Part shown: positions 51,129 through 61,492 of the stretch, piece by piece
How positions within the stretch are numbered: position 1 is the first letter of the stretch
How the letters are laid out: every line of letters starts with the position of its first letter
NCBI GenBank assembly: GCA_963727895.1
Contig: CAVSHT010000009.1
Coordinates: 1 to 64,000, forward strand
Source of the DNA: an uncultured Methanosarcinaceae archaeon
GTDB taxonomy: Archaea > Halobacteriota > Methanosarcinia > Methanosarcinales > Methanosarcinaceae
Length of the DNA: 64,000 bases
Reading direction: 5' to 3'
Program-made: the position numbers and the translations under genes
Notes under the pieces: model-generated
Seen by the model: the letters and a program-made list of their open reading frames with translations, nothing else
Database searches by the model: none
What the model was told of the DNA's origin: nothing

Positions 51129-52374
51129 TTTTCCCGGAAAAACCTTTATTATCGCAAAGCATGAGTTCCTGAAAACAATAAAACGTAAAGAATTTATTTT
51201 TATGACCTTTTTCTTCCCCCTCTTATTTGCAGGAATTACTCTTCTTCCGACAATACTTACAGGCATGAGCCATGCTGAAGACCAAAGAATAGGTTATATT
51301 GATATGACCGGCTCCTTCGAATTTCCAGCATCAATCCAAAGTAAAGGTGTTTCTCTAGAACCCTCAGAGGCAAAAACCTCAGTTGTAGAATTTGTAATGT
51401 ACAGGGACATTTCCGACGCAAGGCAAGCCTTACATGAAAGTCAGATTTCTTCTTATCTCGTTATTCCTGAAGATTTTCTTAAAACCGGAACAATAGAACT
51501 GTATAGTCTTAAAAAAGAAGCGTCTATGTCAAATTTAGAATTATCAGATGAACTCTCGAATATTGTTATTACTTCCCTCCTTAAGGGCAAAGTGGATGAG
51601 CCAACTCTTAAAAGGGTTCAAGATCCAGTTAACATAAAGTATTATAATATAGGAGAAAACGGAGAGTCTTCCGAGAAGGGTATTACTGAGATTTTTGCCA
51701 GCTTTGGTCTTCCAATTCTTACAGCTTTTCTCCTCCTCTTCAGTATATTTTCATCTTCTGGCTTTCTGCTTCGCGGCGTTGCCGAGGAAAAGGAAAACAG
51801 GATAATAGAAATCCTGCTGTCTTCTGTAACTCCTTCCGAAATCCTTACAGGCAAGATCCTGGGACTTGGCGCAGTCGGCCTTCTGCAAATTGGAATCTGG
51901 CTTGCAGCAGTAGTGTTTGGGAGTGACTATGCTCTTCCTGTAAAAATTGAACCTAATACTCTCTTCTTAACTCTTATTTATTTCGTGCTTGGCTTTCTCT
52001 TTTTTGCTAGCATGATGGCAGGAATAGGGGCAGTTACTGGCTCCCTTCAGGAAAGCCAGCAAGTTGCAGGAATTTTCACGTTTTCAGCCGCATTACCTCT
52101 CATATTCATGCAGCTTATCCTTACAAATCCAGACAGCCCATTTTCAGTTTTCCTTTCCCTCTTTCCTCTTACTTCACCTGTAGCCATGCTTACCCGGATT
52201 GGAGTGACAACTGTGCCTATTTTTCAGATTGTTACCAGCATATTTATTCTGCTGATTTCAGTCTATTTTGTGATCTTACTTTCCAGCCGGCTTTTCAGGA
52301 CTTATCTGCTCATGTATGGGAAAAGACCGAAAGTGAGGGAAATCTGGAAGAATATCTGGACAGAATCCAGATAG
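51121..52374 (+). CDS. ABC-2 type permease (NatB-like)
   Basis: EEKENRIIEILLSSV..GKILG; 1+5 TM layout; ATG 51121 overlaps upstream gene. Confidence 0.9.
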   Translation: MSNFPGKTFIIAKHEFLKTIKRKEFIFMTFFFPLLFAGITLLPTILTGMSHAEDQRIGYIDMTGSFEFPASIQSKGVSLEPSEAKTSVVEFVMYRDISDARQALHESQISSYLVIPEDFLKTGTIELYSLKKEASMSNLELSDELSNIVITSLLKGKVDEPTLKRVQDPVNIKYYNIGENGESSEKGITEIFASFGLPILTAFLLLFSIFSSSGFLLRGVAEEKENRIIEILLSSVTPSEILTGKILGLGAVGLLQIGIWLAAVVFGSDYALPVKIEPNTLFLTLIYFVLGFLFFASMMAGIGAVTGSLQESQQVAGIFTFSAALPLIFMQLILTNPDSPFSVFLSLFPLTSPVAMLTRIGVTTVPIFQIVTSIFILLISVYFVILLSSRLFRTYLLMYGKRPKVREIWKNIWTESR

Positions 52375-52598
52375 ATGAACAAAGGAGCCTATTGCCACAG
52401 ATAATAACTGGTCAAATAAACTAGAGTTTTATCGATTGGATTTTATAATATTGCGTACATAGTCTAAATTGGTTCATAAGGGAGTAGCTGTAAAATGGAG
52501 GGAAATGCAGGGCAGCCTCAAAACTGATCCAGTAAGAAACTCCATTAAATAGAATAAACCTTGTGAACCACCTAACTGCTTTTTAATGTAGCTTTTAT

Positions 52599-52659
52599 TT
52601 AGCGTTGGACTTAATTTTAGTTAGCGTTGGACTTAATTTTAGTTAGCGTTGAACTTAAT
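52599..52659. repeat. 22-bp tandem repeat x~2.8
   Basis: TTAGCGTTGGACTTAATTTTAG twice, plus partial TTAGCGTTGAACTTAAT. Confidence 0.85.
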
Positions 52660-52788
52660 CTACGAATAGCTCTTTCTAATAGCAAAATTATCAGCACTGT
52701 ATAGCTTTCTTAGAGTAGATTTTTTTACAAAGGCAGAAATATTAAGCGAGTGCAAAAATTGCGCGAGAGCAAAGAATAACTCAAAAGC

Positions 52789-54378
52789 TTATGAGAGCTC
52801 TGCTTGAATACAGACTGGAGCAATATAATTTACTACCTGCAGAGAAGTGCTTTCGAGGAAGTTTCTAATACTCCATGGGATTTCATCAAGGGTATGGGAA
52901 GCAAAGTTCAGGCTGCCTACAATCTCCCCTCTATATTTCAGAGGTATGATAGCAACCGCTTTTATTCCCTCTTTTTTTACTGCTTCAGCCATTTCATCGG
53001 AGTAGAAGCCCAGTGAATATATGGGTTTTTCAGCCCAGATTTTCCTTGCTTCTGGAGAATCGGCCTTATATCTGGAAACTTTTTCTCTAAACTCAGAAGA
53101 AATTCCCCTATCCACTACAAGATTTATCTGATCCAGGAGTTCATCTTTGATGTATATCCCTCCTGTATCAAGTCCGTTTATTTGAAGACAGGAATCAAGA
53201 ATGAGATTAAGCATTTTCTGAAAATTCCAGGTAGTACTCAGTTCCTTACCGAGTTCTCGTTGAATTTCAAGCATTTTCTGAGCTTCTTTTCTTTCAGTAA
53301 TATCAACTACAAGACCCTGAAAATGTGTCATTTTTCCAGCTTCGTCTCTCTGGATAAAAGTTTTCTCATCTACCCAGAGCATTTTTCCGTCTCCAGTAAA
53401 AATTCTGTATTCAATATCAAAGGAGTAGTGTCTTTCTTTGATGTTGCGGTTTGTGATTTCAATAACTGAATCCATATCATCTTTATGAACGATGTTTTTG
53501 TAAGAGATTCTTCCGGAGATGAAATCTTCGACTGTATAACCGAACTGAGTCACATTTTCTGAAACATATACTGTTGGCAGATTTCCCTTATTCTCCCACA
53601 AAAACGCTACTGCTGGGCTGTTGTTTATTATGGTTCTCAACATTTTTTGAGTTTCTAAAGACTTTCGTAGAGCTTCTTCACTTTTCTTCCTTAGAGTTAT
53701 ATCCAGCACTAACCCTTGCAAATAGGTCACTTCTCCTTCAGGACTCCGCTGGATAAACGTTCTCTCATTTACCCAATGGATATCCCCAGCTTTTGTAAAG
53801 ATTCTGTACTCTATATTAAAGTCAACTTCACCTCTCCGAATACGCTCTTCAAGTGAATCTATAACTCTCTTCAGGTCATCGGGGTGGATAATATCTCCAT
53901 ATAGAACCCTGCCTGAAATAAAGTCCTCAACGGTATATCCAAACTGTACCACGTTTTCAGAGACAAACTCTGAAGGCCATTGTTCTTCATTTTTCCAGAG
54001 AAATACTACGGCAGGACTGTTATTCACAACTGTTCTGATTATTTCCTGCATCTCAAGGACCGAAAGTAGATCTACGATCCCTATTGCTGCAACAACTTTC
54101 CCGTCCTCTGAAAAGATGGGAGAAACAGCCACATTCCTGCCCAGATATGTACCGTCCGTGGGTACTCCACGTATGGTCTTACCGGTTTGGAGAACCTCTT
54201 CAAGCACAGGACCCGTATAATCCCTGTCAAGGATTTTACCATTCTCCAAGCGAAGTCCCTTCCGCTTGAGACTGCGGATAGTGGTTGGAAGCCCGACGAG
54301 GGAATGCACTGCAACCGCTATAGGTTCAAGTTCATCAGATCCTGCATCTTCAGATATTAGAGAAGTAATTTTTTTCAC
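52789..54378 (-). CDS. DUF2111-like + 2 PAS + GAF sensory protein without kinase output
   Basis: GLPTTIRS..YTGPVLE N-domain, two VSENV..FGY..EYRI..WV PAS repeats, IPL..GEIVGSL GAF; likely GTG 54378. Confidence 0.8.
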   Translation of the reverse strand: MKKITSLISEDAGSDELEPIAVAVHSLVGLPTTIRSLKRKGLRLENGKILDRDYTGPVLEEVLQTGKTIRGVPTDGTYLGRNVAVSPIFSEDGKVVAAIGIVDLLSVLEMQEIIRTVVNNSPAVVFLWKNEEQWPSEFVSENVVQFGYTVEDFISGRVLYGDIIHPDDLKRVIDSLEERIRRGEVDFNIEYRIFTKAGDIHWVNERTFIQRSPEGEVTYLQGLVLDITLRKKSEEALRKSLETQKMLRTIINNSPAVAFLWENKGNLPTVYVSENVTQFGYTVEDFISGRISYKNIVHKDDMDSVIEITNRNIKERHYSFDIEYRIFTGDGKMLWVDEKTFIQRDEAGKMTHFQGLVVDITERKEAQKMLEIQRELGKELSTTWNFQKMLNLILDSCLQINGLDTGGIYIKDELLDQINLVVDRGISSEFREKVSRYKADSPEARKIWAEKPIYSLGFYSDEMAEAVKKEGIKAVAIIPLKYRGEIVGSLNFASHTLDEIPWSIRNFLESTSLQVVNYIAPVCIQAELS

Positions 54379-54663
54379 CCCCAAAGAAAATCCTGACAAT
54401 TCAAAAACTAAAAGGCAGAAGAAAGTCAACAAGAAGAACTAAGAACTGAAACCTTTATAATACATTTTAGTATTAATTTAATACTTTTTAAAGGTTATAT
54501 AATTATTCTCAAATTATATAAGTAGGAAAATAACCAGAAGCTTGAGAAAGCTGTAATTGTATTAATAATCGGCAAGTCAACTCAAATATATTCATTTAGT
54601 ACTCAAAAAACATAATTTCCTAGGATACTACATTTAAAAACAAATTTAAAAATTGGTGTTATC

Positions 54664-55385
54664 ATGCTGAAAAAAAGCAAAAAAAATCTGATACACAAAG
54701 TTTTGATTCAGAGTATAATATCCCAGAAAATACACAAAATTTCAATATAATATGGGATCTTTTAAAAAAAGAATATCCTGATGTAAAACCTTCTCTTAAT
54801 TATAGTAATCCTCTTGAACTACTTGTAGCAACTGTTCTTTCAGCCCAGTCAACCGATGTCCAGATTAACAAAGTAACTGAGAAACTATTCAAAAAGTACA
54901 GAACTGCAGAAGATTATGCCAGTGCAGACTTAAAAGAACTTGAAAATGATATATACTCTTCAGGCTTTTACAAAACTAAAGCAAAGAACATAAAAGCTAT
55001 TTCACAGATACTTGTTGAAAGATATGATGAAGAAGTTCCAAAGACTATGGAAGAACTGGTTAGTTTACCAGGCATCGGGAGAAAAACTGCTAATATAGTA
55101 CTTGCCAGAGCATTTGGAAAAATAGAGGGAATTGCTGTAGATACCCATGTAAAAAGGGTTTCAAGAAGACTTGGACTTACAAGAAATTCCGATCCCAGTA
55201 AAATAGAACAGAACCTAATATCAATTGCTCAAAAAGAAGACCTCGATTCTCTTTCAATGACTCTGATATATCATGGAAGAAAAGTCTGCCAGGCAAAAAA
55301 GCCAAAATGCCCAGCATGTGTTGTGAAACATCTCTGCCCTTCGAACATAATAATATCAAGTGCAAAAATTGAAGATAAATACTGA
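54664..55385 (+). pseudogene. nth: Endonuclease III with 5' A-tract frameshift
   Basis: LVATVLSAQSTD, LPGIGRKTAN HhH, AVDTHV, C-x6-C-x2-C-x5-C; main frame open from ~54687 but ATG 54664 is one base out across A7/A8 runs. Confidence 0.88.
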
Positions 55386-55483
55386 AAAAAGTTGATACTA
55401 TTACATACAGAGGTTATTAGATAAAAATATAATTATATGGATATAATTATACAGATGAGTTGTAAGTAGGTCGTTAAAGAAGT

Positions 55484-56320
55484 TTAATTTTGGTGATCGT
55501 GAATATGCTCTCTAAAGTGTGCATGTGGATGTTCATGCATAATATTTCCGTGAACATGCATATGTTCATGGATCAGATTTGTTGAAAGTAAAAGCTCCCT
55601 GTTATTAAGCACGTTTCCTACGTCCCCATCCACAATAATTTTATGATTTTCTCCCATAACTATGGCTCTTTTGCTAATCTGCTCTACTGTTTCGAGGTCA
55701 TGAGTGGCAGTAATTATTGTCTTTCCCGCTTTTCCTAGCTCCTGCAATAACTCTACCAACCAGAGCTGAGTCCTGGGATCCAATCCTGCAGTGGGTTCAT
55801 CCAATAGAAGGATATCCGGATTATTAGCTAAAACAGCAGCTATACAAACTTTTTTCTTCTCTCCTCCGCTTAGAGTATGAGGAGATCGGTCTTTAAGTTT
55901 AGTGATCCCAATCATATCCAGGACCTCTATCACTCTGGCTTTGACTTCTTCCTGAGTCATATTGAGCTGTAGAGGCCCAAAGGCAACCTCTTCAAAGACT
56001 GTAGACGAAAAAAGTTGCACATCTGAGTTTTGAAAAACAAATCCGACTCTTTTCCGGAAATAAGACCTGAACTCGTTATCTTTAATGGAATCGAAAACTT
56101 CTTCGTTTATTTCACTGCCAAAAGCATAGAATTCGCCCATTGTGGGATATATAAGCCCATCTAGAAGGGTCAGTAGAGTTGACTTACCACTACCATTAGA
56201 GCCCATTATAGAGATCTGCTCGCCTGGCGTCACCTTGAAACTGATATCGTTTAAGGCATTTATCTTTCCCATATATGTATATGAGACATTTTTTAAATCA
56301 AAAATTGTTTCCATGTTCAT
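55484..56320 (-). CDS. cbiO: ECF Ni/Co transporter ATPase (NikO/CbiO) with His-rich tail
   Basis: GSNGSGKST, FQNSDVQLF, LSGGEKK, DEPTAGLD. Confidence 0.9.
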   Translation of the reverse strand: MNMETIFDLKNVSYTYMGKINALNDISFKVTPGEQISIMGSNGSGKSTLLTLLDGLIYPTMGEFYAFGSEINEEVFDSIKDNEFRSYFRKRVGFVFQNSDVQLFSSTVFEEVAFGPLQLNMTQEEVKARVIEVLDMIGITKLKDRSPHTLSGGEKKKVCIAAVLANNPDILLLDEPTAGLDPRTQLWLVELLQELGKAGKTIITATHDLETVEQISKRAIVMGENHKIIVDGDVGNVLNNRELLLSTNLIHEHMHVHGNIMHEHPHAHFREHIHDHQN

Positions 56321-56321
56321 A

Positions 56322-57257
56322 TCACCTTATGATGTTATGGGATATCAACACTAGCAATATGCTCATGGATATCGCAATTACCCCTGAAATGTAATCACGA
56401 TTGCGCATTTTGAACTCCTGCATTATCTTAACGTTCCCGTTGTATCCTCTGGACATCATGGCTGCATGAACTTTTTCACTTGTATCCAGAGATCTTATTA
56501 GTGTGTAGCCTATACGTCCACCAACCCATTTCTGCTCATCGAACATGCTTCCAGTCTTTATTGTTCTGGCTTTTTTGGCAATGTATATCTCCCGTACCAT
56601 GTCCGTTAGAAGAAAAATGTACCTGTAGGCCATTTCCAATGTAAAAACATAGATTTTAGGAACTCCAACCGAGCGCAGGGACTTAAAAAGAACCTGCTGA
56701 GGTGTGGTGAGAAAAAGCAAGACTACAGTAGATACGCATGTTGCGACACGCATTGTAAATATTACCGCAGAATTGACGCCCTGGATGGTGATGTAAATGC
56801 TACTAGGCAGTGAAAATGGTCCCAAATGAGCTTCAGGACCAAGATATGCTAGCCTGATCAAAGGATCTCCTGGAAAAAAAACATTGAAAATCATTGGTAT
56901 GGTGAGGATTCCCGCAAAAATCGGTATGAAGAGCCATACCCGCTTGATAAAGAATAAGACATCGATCTTGCTGAAATATGCAAAAAGAAGAGTAAGTATA
57001 TAAACAAAGATCAGTAATTTCAGATCCCTGATCAAACTCGTTGCGAATATCAAAGACAGGATGGAGATCAGCTTGGCTCTAGGATCTAAACTCTGAAGGA
57101 ACCCATCACGCTTAGAAAAGCTGTCTGAGATAAAAGCTTCTTCTAAAAAACCAAAGATGCCATCAATAGTCTTTCCTATAAAACCCTTTTTACTGTGATA
57201 CACTGCCGAGCACCTGCATGTACCGGTATCTGTTTCTTTCATCCAGTCTGGGATCAT
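56322..57257 (-). CDS. cbiQ: ECF transmembrane T component (NikQ/CbiQ)
   Basis: LDPRAK, YRYIF, KAR, MMSRGY. Confidence 0.9.
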   Translation of the reverse strand: MIPDWMKETDTGTCRCSAVYHSKKGFIGKTIDGIFGFLEEAFISDSFSKRDGFLQSLDPRAKLISILSLIFATSLIRDLKLLIFVYILTLLFAYFSKIDVLFFIKRVWLFIPIFAGILTIPMIFNVFFPGDPLIRLAYLGPEAHLGPFSLPSSIYITIQGVNSAVIFTMRVATCVSTVVLLFLTTPQQVLFKSLRSVGVPKIYVFTLEMAYRYIFLLTDMVREIYIAKKARTIKTGSMFDEQKWVGGRIGYTLIRSLDTSEKVHAAMMSRGYNGNVKIMQEFKMRNRDYISGVIAISMSILLVLISHNIIR

Positions 57258-57567
57258 TATTCACCCTTTTTAAAAAGTAAATTTTAGCTAGCTATAAAAT
57301 TGAATTCAAATAATTTTAAAAATAAACAAAAAATTAAAATTATAAAAAGGTATCGATTTTATGTAAAATCATAAATTCCAAAAATACGGGAAAAATTCCG
57401 TATCCTGATAACCAAATAATAGAAATAATTTCAATAAATCTTATATTTACCAATTTTTATAAGTAGTATATAAGCAATTAATATAACTTATAGGTTTATT
57501 GAAATTCGTATCTAAGATCAATATTTAATTTTCAATTTTGGGGAAAATCACGACAATATTTAAAAAT

Positions 57568-57882
57568 TTAATCCTTAGCAATCTTTTTTCCTACAAAGTA
57601 TAGAAGACTGCCACCTATTGCTACTCCTATTAATGCAGACAGAATATACGCTATCGACGAAAATGTCATAGAATCATCGGCTCTTGGTAGCGAATAATCA
57701 GCCATTGGTGCATTCCAGAGTCCAGAAAGATGTTCCAATCCCTGAGGTATAAATCCTACCTTTTGTTGGAATTCATCGGGGCTCCATTCACCATATGCTT
57801 CGCCAACAGCTAAAAGACCCAGAGGTGCTAGAATTATCAACAATACCAAGCCAATAGCAAAATTTCGAACTATTTTTTCCAT
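57568..57882 (-). CDS. PDGLE-type accessory component (NikN-like)
   Basis: Two TM helices flanking GEW...PQGLE...APMADY. Confidence 0.82.
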   Translation of the reverse strand: MEKIVRNFAIGLVLLIILAPLGLLAVGEAYGEWSPDEFQQKVGFIPQGLEHLSGLWNAPMADYSLPRADDSMTFSSIAYILSALIGVAIGGSLLYFVGKKIAKD

Positions 57883-57891
57883 ATTCTCACC

Positions 57892-58611
57892 TTAAGTTGG
57901 AACTGCCTTCTTCATTTTATCCTTCTGTACTGCAGTGGTTTCTCCATAAAAGATAGATGTATCGGTTCTCTGGATATAAGCAAAAATAACTGCCGTAATC
58001 AGTGCTTCCAAGATGCTGAATGCAAAAGCGTGTTCAAGTACCATAGCCGGAACAGTTACGCTTAAGGGGTATGGCATATAAAGTGGAGTTCCATCTGCTG
58101 TGTGCTGTAAAATGGGCTGTATTCCTAATTCAACACCTGCACAGAAGGCTGCTACAGTCAGAGAAATCCAGCCAGCTACAGCCGAAGCAATAATTCTTGT
58201 AGTGGACGTTATTTCTGAATTTCCACTAATAAGCTTGTAAACATAGTAACCAACAAATGGTATTACCGTTCCCATGTTGAAGCAATTCGCTGCTATGGCT
58301 GTAATTCCTCCATCACCAAACATCAACGCCTGCAATACGAGAGTTACAGAAATAGATATCACTGCTGCCCAGGGACCGAGGACTATAGCAATAATTGCCC
58401 CTCCAACGGCATGACCTGTGCTGCCTCCAGGAATCGGAACATTGAACATCATAATTACAAATGAAAATGCAGCTGATAGTGCAAGCAGAGGGACCTGTTT
58501 AGACTTAAGTTCTGTGTTCAGCTTTTTTCCGGCATAATACCATATAGGAATCATAATGATCCAAAATGCAATATAAGTATATGGCCCTAAATATCCATCT
58601 GGAATGTGCAT
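57892..58611 (-). CDS. cbiM: ECF S component NikM/CbiM (MHIPDG N-terminus)
   Basis: MHIPDGYL, GGSTGHAVG, FGDGGIT. Confidence 0.92.
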   Translation of the reverse strand: MHIPDGYLGPYTYIAFWIIMIPIWYYAGKKLNTELKSKQVPLLALSAAFSFVIMMFNVPIPGGSTGHAVGGAIIAIVLGPWAAVISISVTLVLQALMFGDGGITAIAANCFNMGTVIPFVGYYVYKLISGNSEITSTTRIIASAVAGWISLTVAAFCAGVELGIQPILQHTADGTPLYMPYPLSVTVPAMVLEHAFAFSILEALITAVIFAYIQRTDTSIFYGETTAVQKDKMKKAVPT

Positions 58612-58637
58612 TTTTCTACTTCCTTTGAACTTATTTA

Positions 58638-58722
58638 CTATAATTATAACCGATAATCTATTATTATAACCGATAATCTATTATTATAACCGATAATCTA
58701 TTATTATAACCGATAATCTATT
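58638..58722. repeat. 20-bp tandem repeat x4 in nikM leader
   Basis: TTATTATAACCGATAATCTA at 58641 (1 mismatch), 58661, 58681, 58701. Confidence 0.93.
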
Positions 58723-58843
58723 TTGACTGAATAATCTCTATGATAAAGAGTTTAATCCTAAGAGGAAACTCAGCTGTTTCAAAGATAGAATGGCATTCTC
58801 ATTAGTTGTTTTCCAAAAAATGTCTTTATATGTTAGCATTGTT

Positions 58844-58875
58844 AGGTATTACTTATATATATTTTGATATTACCT
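58844..58875 (-). promoter_or_regulatory. Putative NikR operator overlapping TATA box
   Basis: GTATTA-N16-TATTAC (58846-58873), arms extend to 7/8 match; spacer reads TATATATAAG on minus strand; upstream of Ni/Co ECF operon. Confidence 0.65.
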
Positions 58876-59917
58876 TTTTCGACAAATTTATCAATAAATA
58901 TAATTCAATAATCATATTCAATTTGTAAATGAAATTAAGTATCCTTCTATTCATTTTTGTTCCTAAAATAGTTATAATTAAATGTATTCATTTCGGCTCT
59001 ATAGGAATTCATATCCATAAATTAACTGCAATAGGTTGAAGAAAGAAGTAAAAAATAGATCAAACTATTCAGTTCAAATTAATGAAGCTATTTTTTAGAA
59101 GATTTCTACAAGACCCTTATACACTGTTATAATTATCTGAACTTTCTCCCTATCTGTTTTCACAGACAGGGTAAAAAGAAGTTCAGGTACTTGAACTATT
59201 TAGGAGGTGATTTTAGATTTGTGTCTGTTCGCTAGAGGCATATATTACTAATAAATATTTAATACTTTCGTTTTTGTTGTTATTACTAAATAGTAATTAT
59301 AATTAATATATTATTACCTAGTTGAAGAATTAAATTCTCAAGAAAATTTGCTGCATAAGAATAGATTGACAAATATTGAAATGGAATTGAGAGTTTCAAA
59401 TATCAAGGAAGTTGTTTAAGATACCTAATCATCAAAAATATTAAATCATCAGAGACATGGTCACAATCAATTCTGTCATAGAGTTTTTCTAAATCCTGAT
59501 GTAATCTGTTAATTTATCTTTTCCAGAGTTTTTTATCAGATTCCTTATAGAAACCTATTTTCGAAGCTGTGACTTTCGCATAATCCTGGGAAATTATTCT
59601 GTTGCTCCATGATAAGCCGAAAGCCAGATCAGTTTTTTTGATGCTATATTTTTCGTTGATTAGGAACTCATAAAGTTCAGAAATTTGATCCAGCCTTCCT
59701 TTAGAGCTTTCAGGAAAGTTTGATCCAAGATTTACCAGATTTCGTAGATGAGATCGGACACCACAGCTTTCGGGGCACAGTTTTTCTGAGTTTGCAAATT
59801 CAAGCATTTCCTTGAATTCAAGGAAAATATTCGTCTGTGTGAAACCTGCTGGTAGAGTTTTTCCTAAGAAAATAAGAATATGAATGCATTCGTGATAGAG
59901 GATTTTTGCTATAAGGA

Positions 59918-59947
59918 ATTCTATTCTATTCTATTCTATTCTATTCT
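59918..59947. repeat. (ATTCT)6 pentanucleotide microsatellite inside coding sequence
   Basis: Six exact units. Confidence 0.92.
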
Positions 59948-60194
59948 GAAGATTCCATAACTTTTCAACCAGTTTCCGTTCCCACAATTCATATGGATTC
60001 ACCAAAACAAGAAATTTATATATCATTTTCTTTTCGTTTCTGGAAACGATTTTTTTTGGCTCGAAAGCTAAACCCTGAACCATTCCAAAGAACTGTATCC
60101 GGACAGCTAACTCCCAGCAATACTCCCACTCTCCGAAATGCACATATTTTACTCTATAATACCTACCATCAAAATGCACTTTATTAATTAGTTT

Positions 60195-60874
60195 GGTATT
60201 GATAATCAAAAGTAGATATATATGCTTATAACATATATTTCTTCATGAACTGCCCAAAATGTAATAGTTCCAGTCACAAAAAGAATGGTATAGTTGGTGA
60301 GCGTCAACGCTACAAATGCCATGATTGTGGCTATAACTATGCCCTTGAAGGATTGGGCTTTCGCTCAATAGGAAGAGTTTTAGGGGTAAGTCATGTTTCT
60401 GTCCAAAGATGGATAACGAAATTTGGTCAAGAGTGAGAGAACCTAAAAAGTGAAAATGAGATATCTATTGTTGAAATGGATGAGATGCACACTTACATCG
60501 GTAACAAAAAAAATATTGCTGGATCTGGATTGCTGTTGATAGAGTTGGGAAAAAGTTTATCAACTGCTCTTTTGGCATCAGAGGAACGGAAACTGGAAAA
60601 CTATTTTGGGAAAAAGTGAAGAAAAAAGACATTGGAAAAGTGATGACAGATCACTGGAGAGCATATGCAGAGTTTCTTCCAGAAAAGAGTCATACTCAAT
60701 CCAAAGCAGAAACGTATACTGTTGAAGGATATAACAGCATATTGAAGCACCTTTTGGCAAAGTTGAGAAGAAAGACAAAGTGTTATACGAAGAGTCTTGA
60801 AATGCTAAAGTACTCGGTTATTCTATTGATGAAATAAAGAAATAAATAACTAGAGATAGTTAAGTAACAATACC
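60195..60874 (+). mobile_element. IS1-family element copy 3 (680 bp), defective
   Basis: GGTATTGATAA.../...TAACAATACC; TSD ATTAGTTT/ATTAATTT (7/8); ATG kept, net 60-bp in-frame deletion in insA, premature TGA 60434-60436 and TAA 60835-60837. Confidence 0.92.
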
Positions 60875-61492
60875 ATTAATTTGTATCTATATTCATTTTG
60901 TTCTTTGATTAGAGCTTTGATCACAAACTCTCGATAAATATTAAGATTAAGATAGAGAATTCCAGGGAACAAAGAGCAATTAATAGCAGGATAAGAAAAA
61001 GAAACGGAGTATTGAACAATAGGAGAAAAAGGCAAATATAAAGAGGGTAAGTTATTCCATTTCCTGTTTACCTGTAAGCTATCTTCTTCTTTGAATGAAG
61101 TATTTTTTGATTTAATTTTTGGCATTAAAAATTTACCCCTCACAAATTACTGGTTTTCTGCTTTATCACGAGGTATTAGTAATACAAATATATAATTAAA
61201 TGTTAATTATAGAGTAAATGAAGTTAATAAATAAATATTTATTTATATGAAAGAAAAAATAAGAATTACGTGATTAGAATATACAACAAAAATGAGAAAT
61301 ATAAAATTTGATAGCAATGGGATTGATCCCAACATTTTGTGAGGCAAAAAGGAGCATTTTTAAAATCTTATAATATGGCAAAGTCTTCACTAATTAACTT
61401 CAAAAAAGGTTAGCGAAAACTCTGTTTAAAAGTTAATCCCAATAATTTCCAAGAAAAAAAGAGAAGAGAAATAAGTAAAGTTGGTATATTCT

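Larger units (their letters stand above)
59514..61125 (-). pseudogene. ~300-aa HExxH-containing protein gene interrupted by IS1 and an in-frame TAG
   Basis: Removing IS1 plus one TSD joins MPKIK...EYRYK to LINKVHF...LQNRIE*NRIEFLIAKILYHECIHIL...KLWKR in one frame. Confidence 0.7.

Noticed and set aside
58638..58722. CRISPR array (also considered 52599-52659, 62369-62466, 63874-63929)
   Set aside because: Units are head-to-tail with no unique spacers and no cas genes are present
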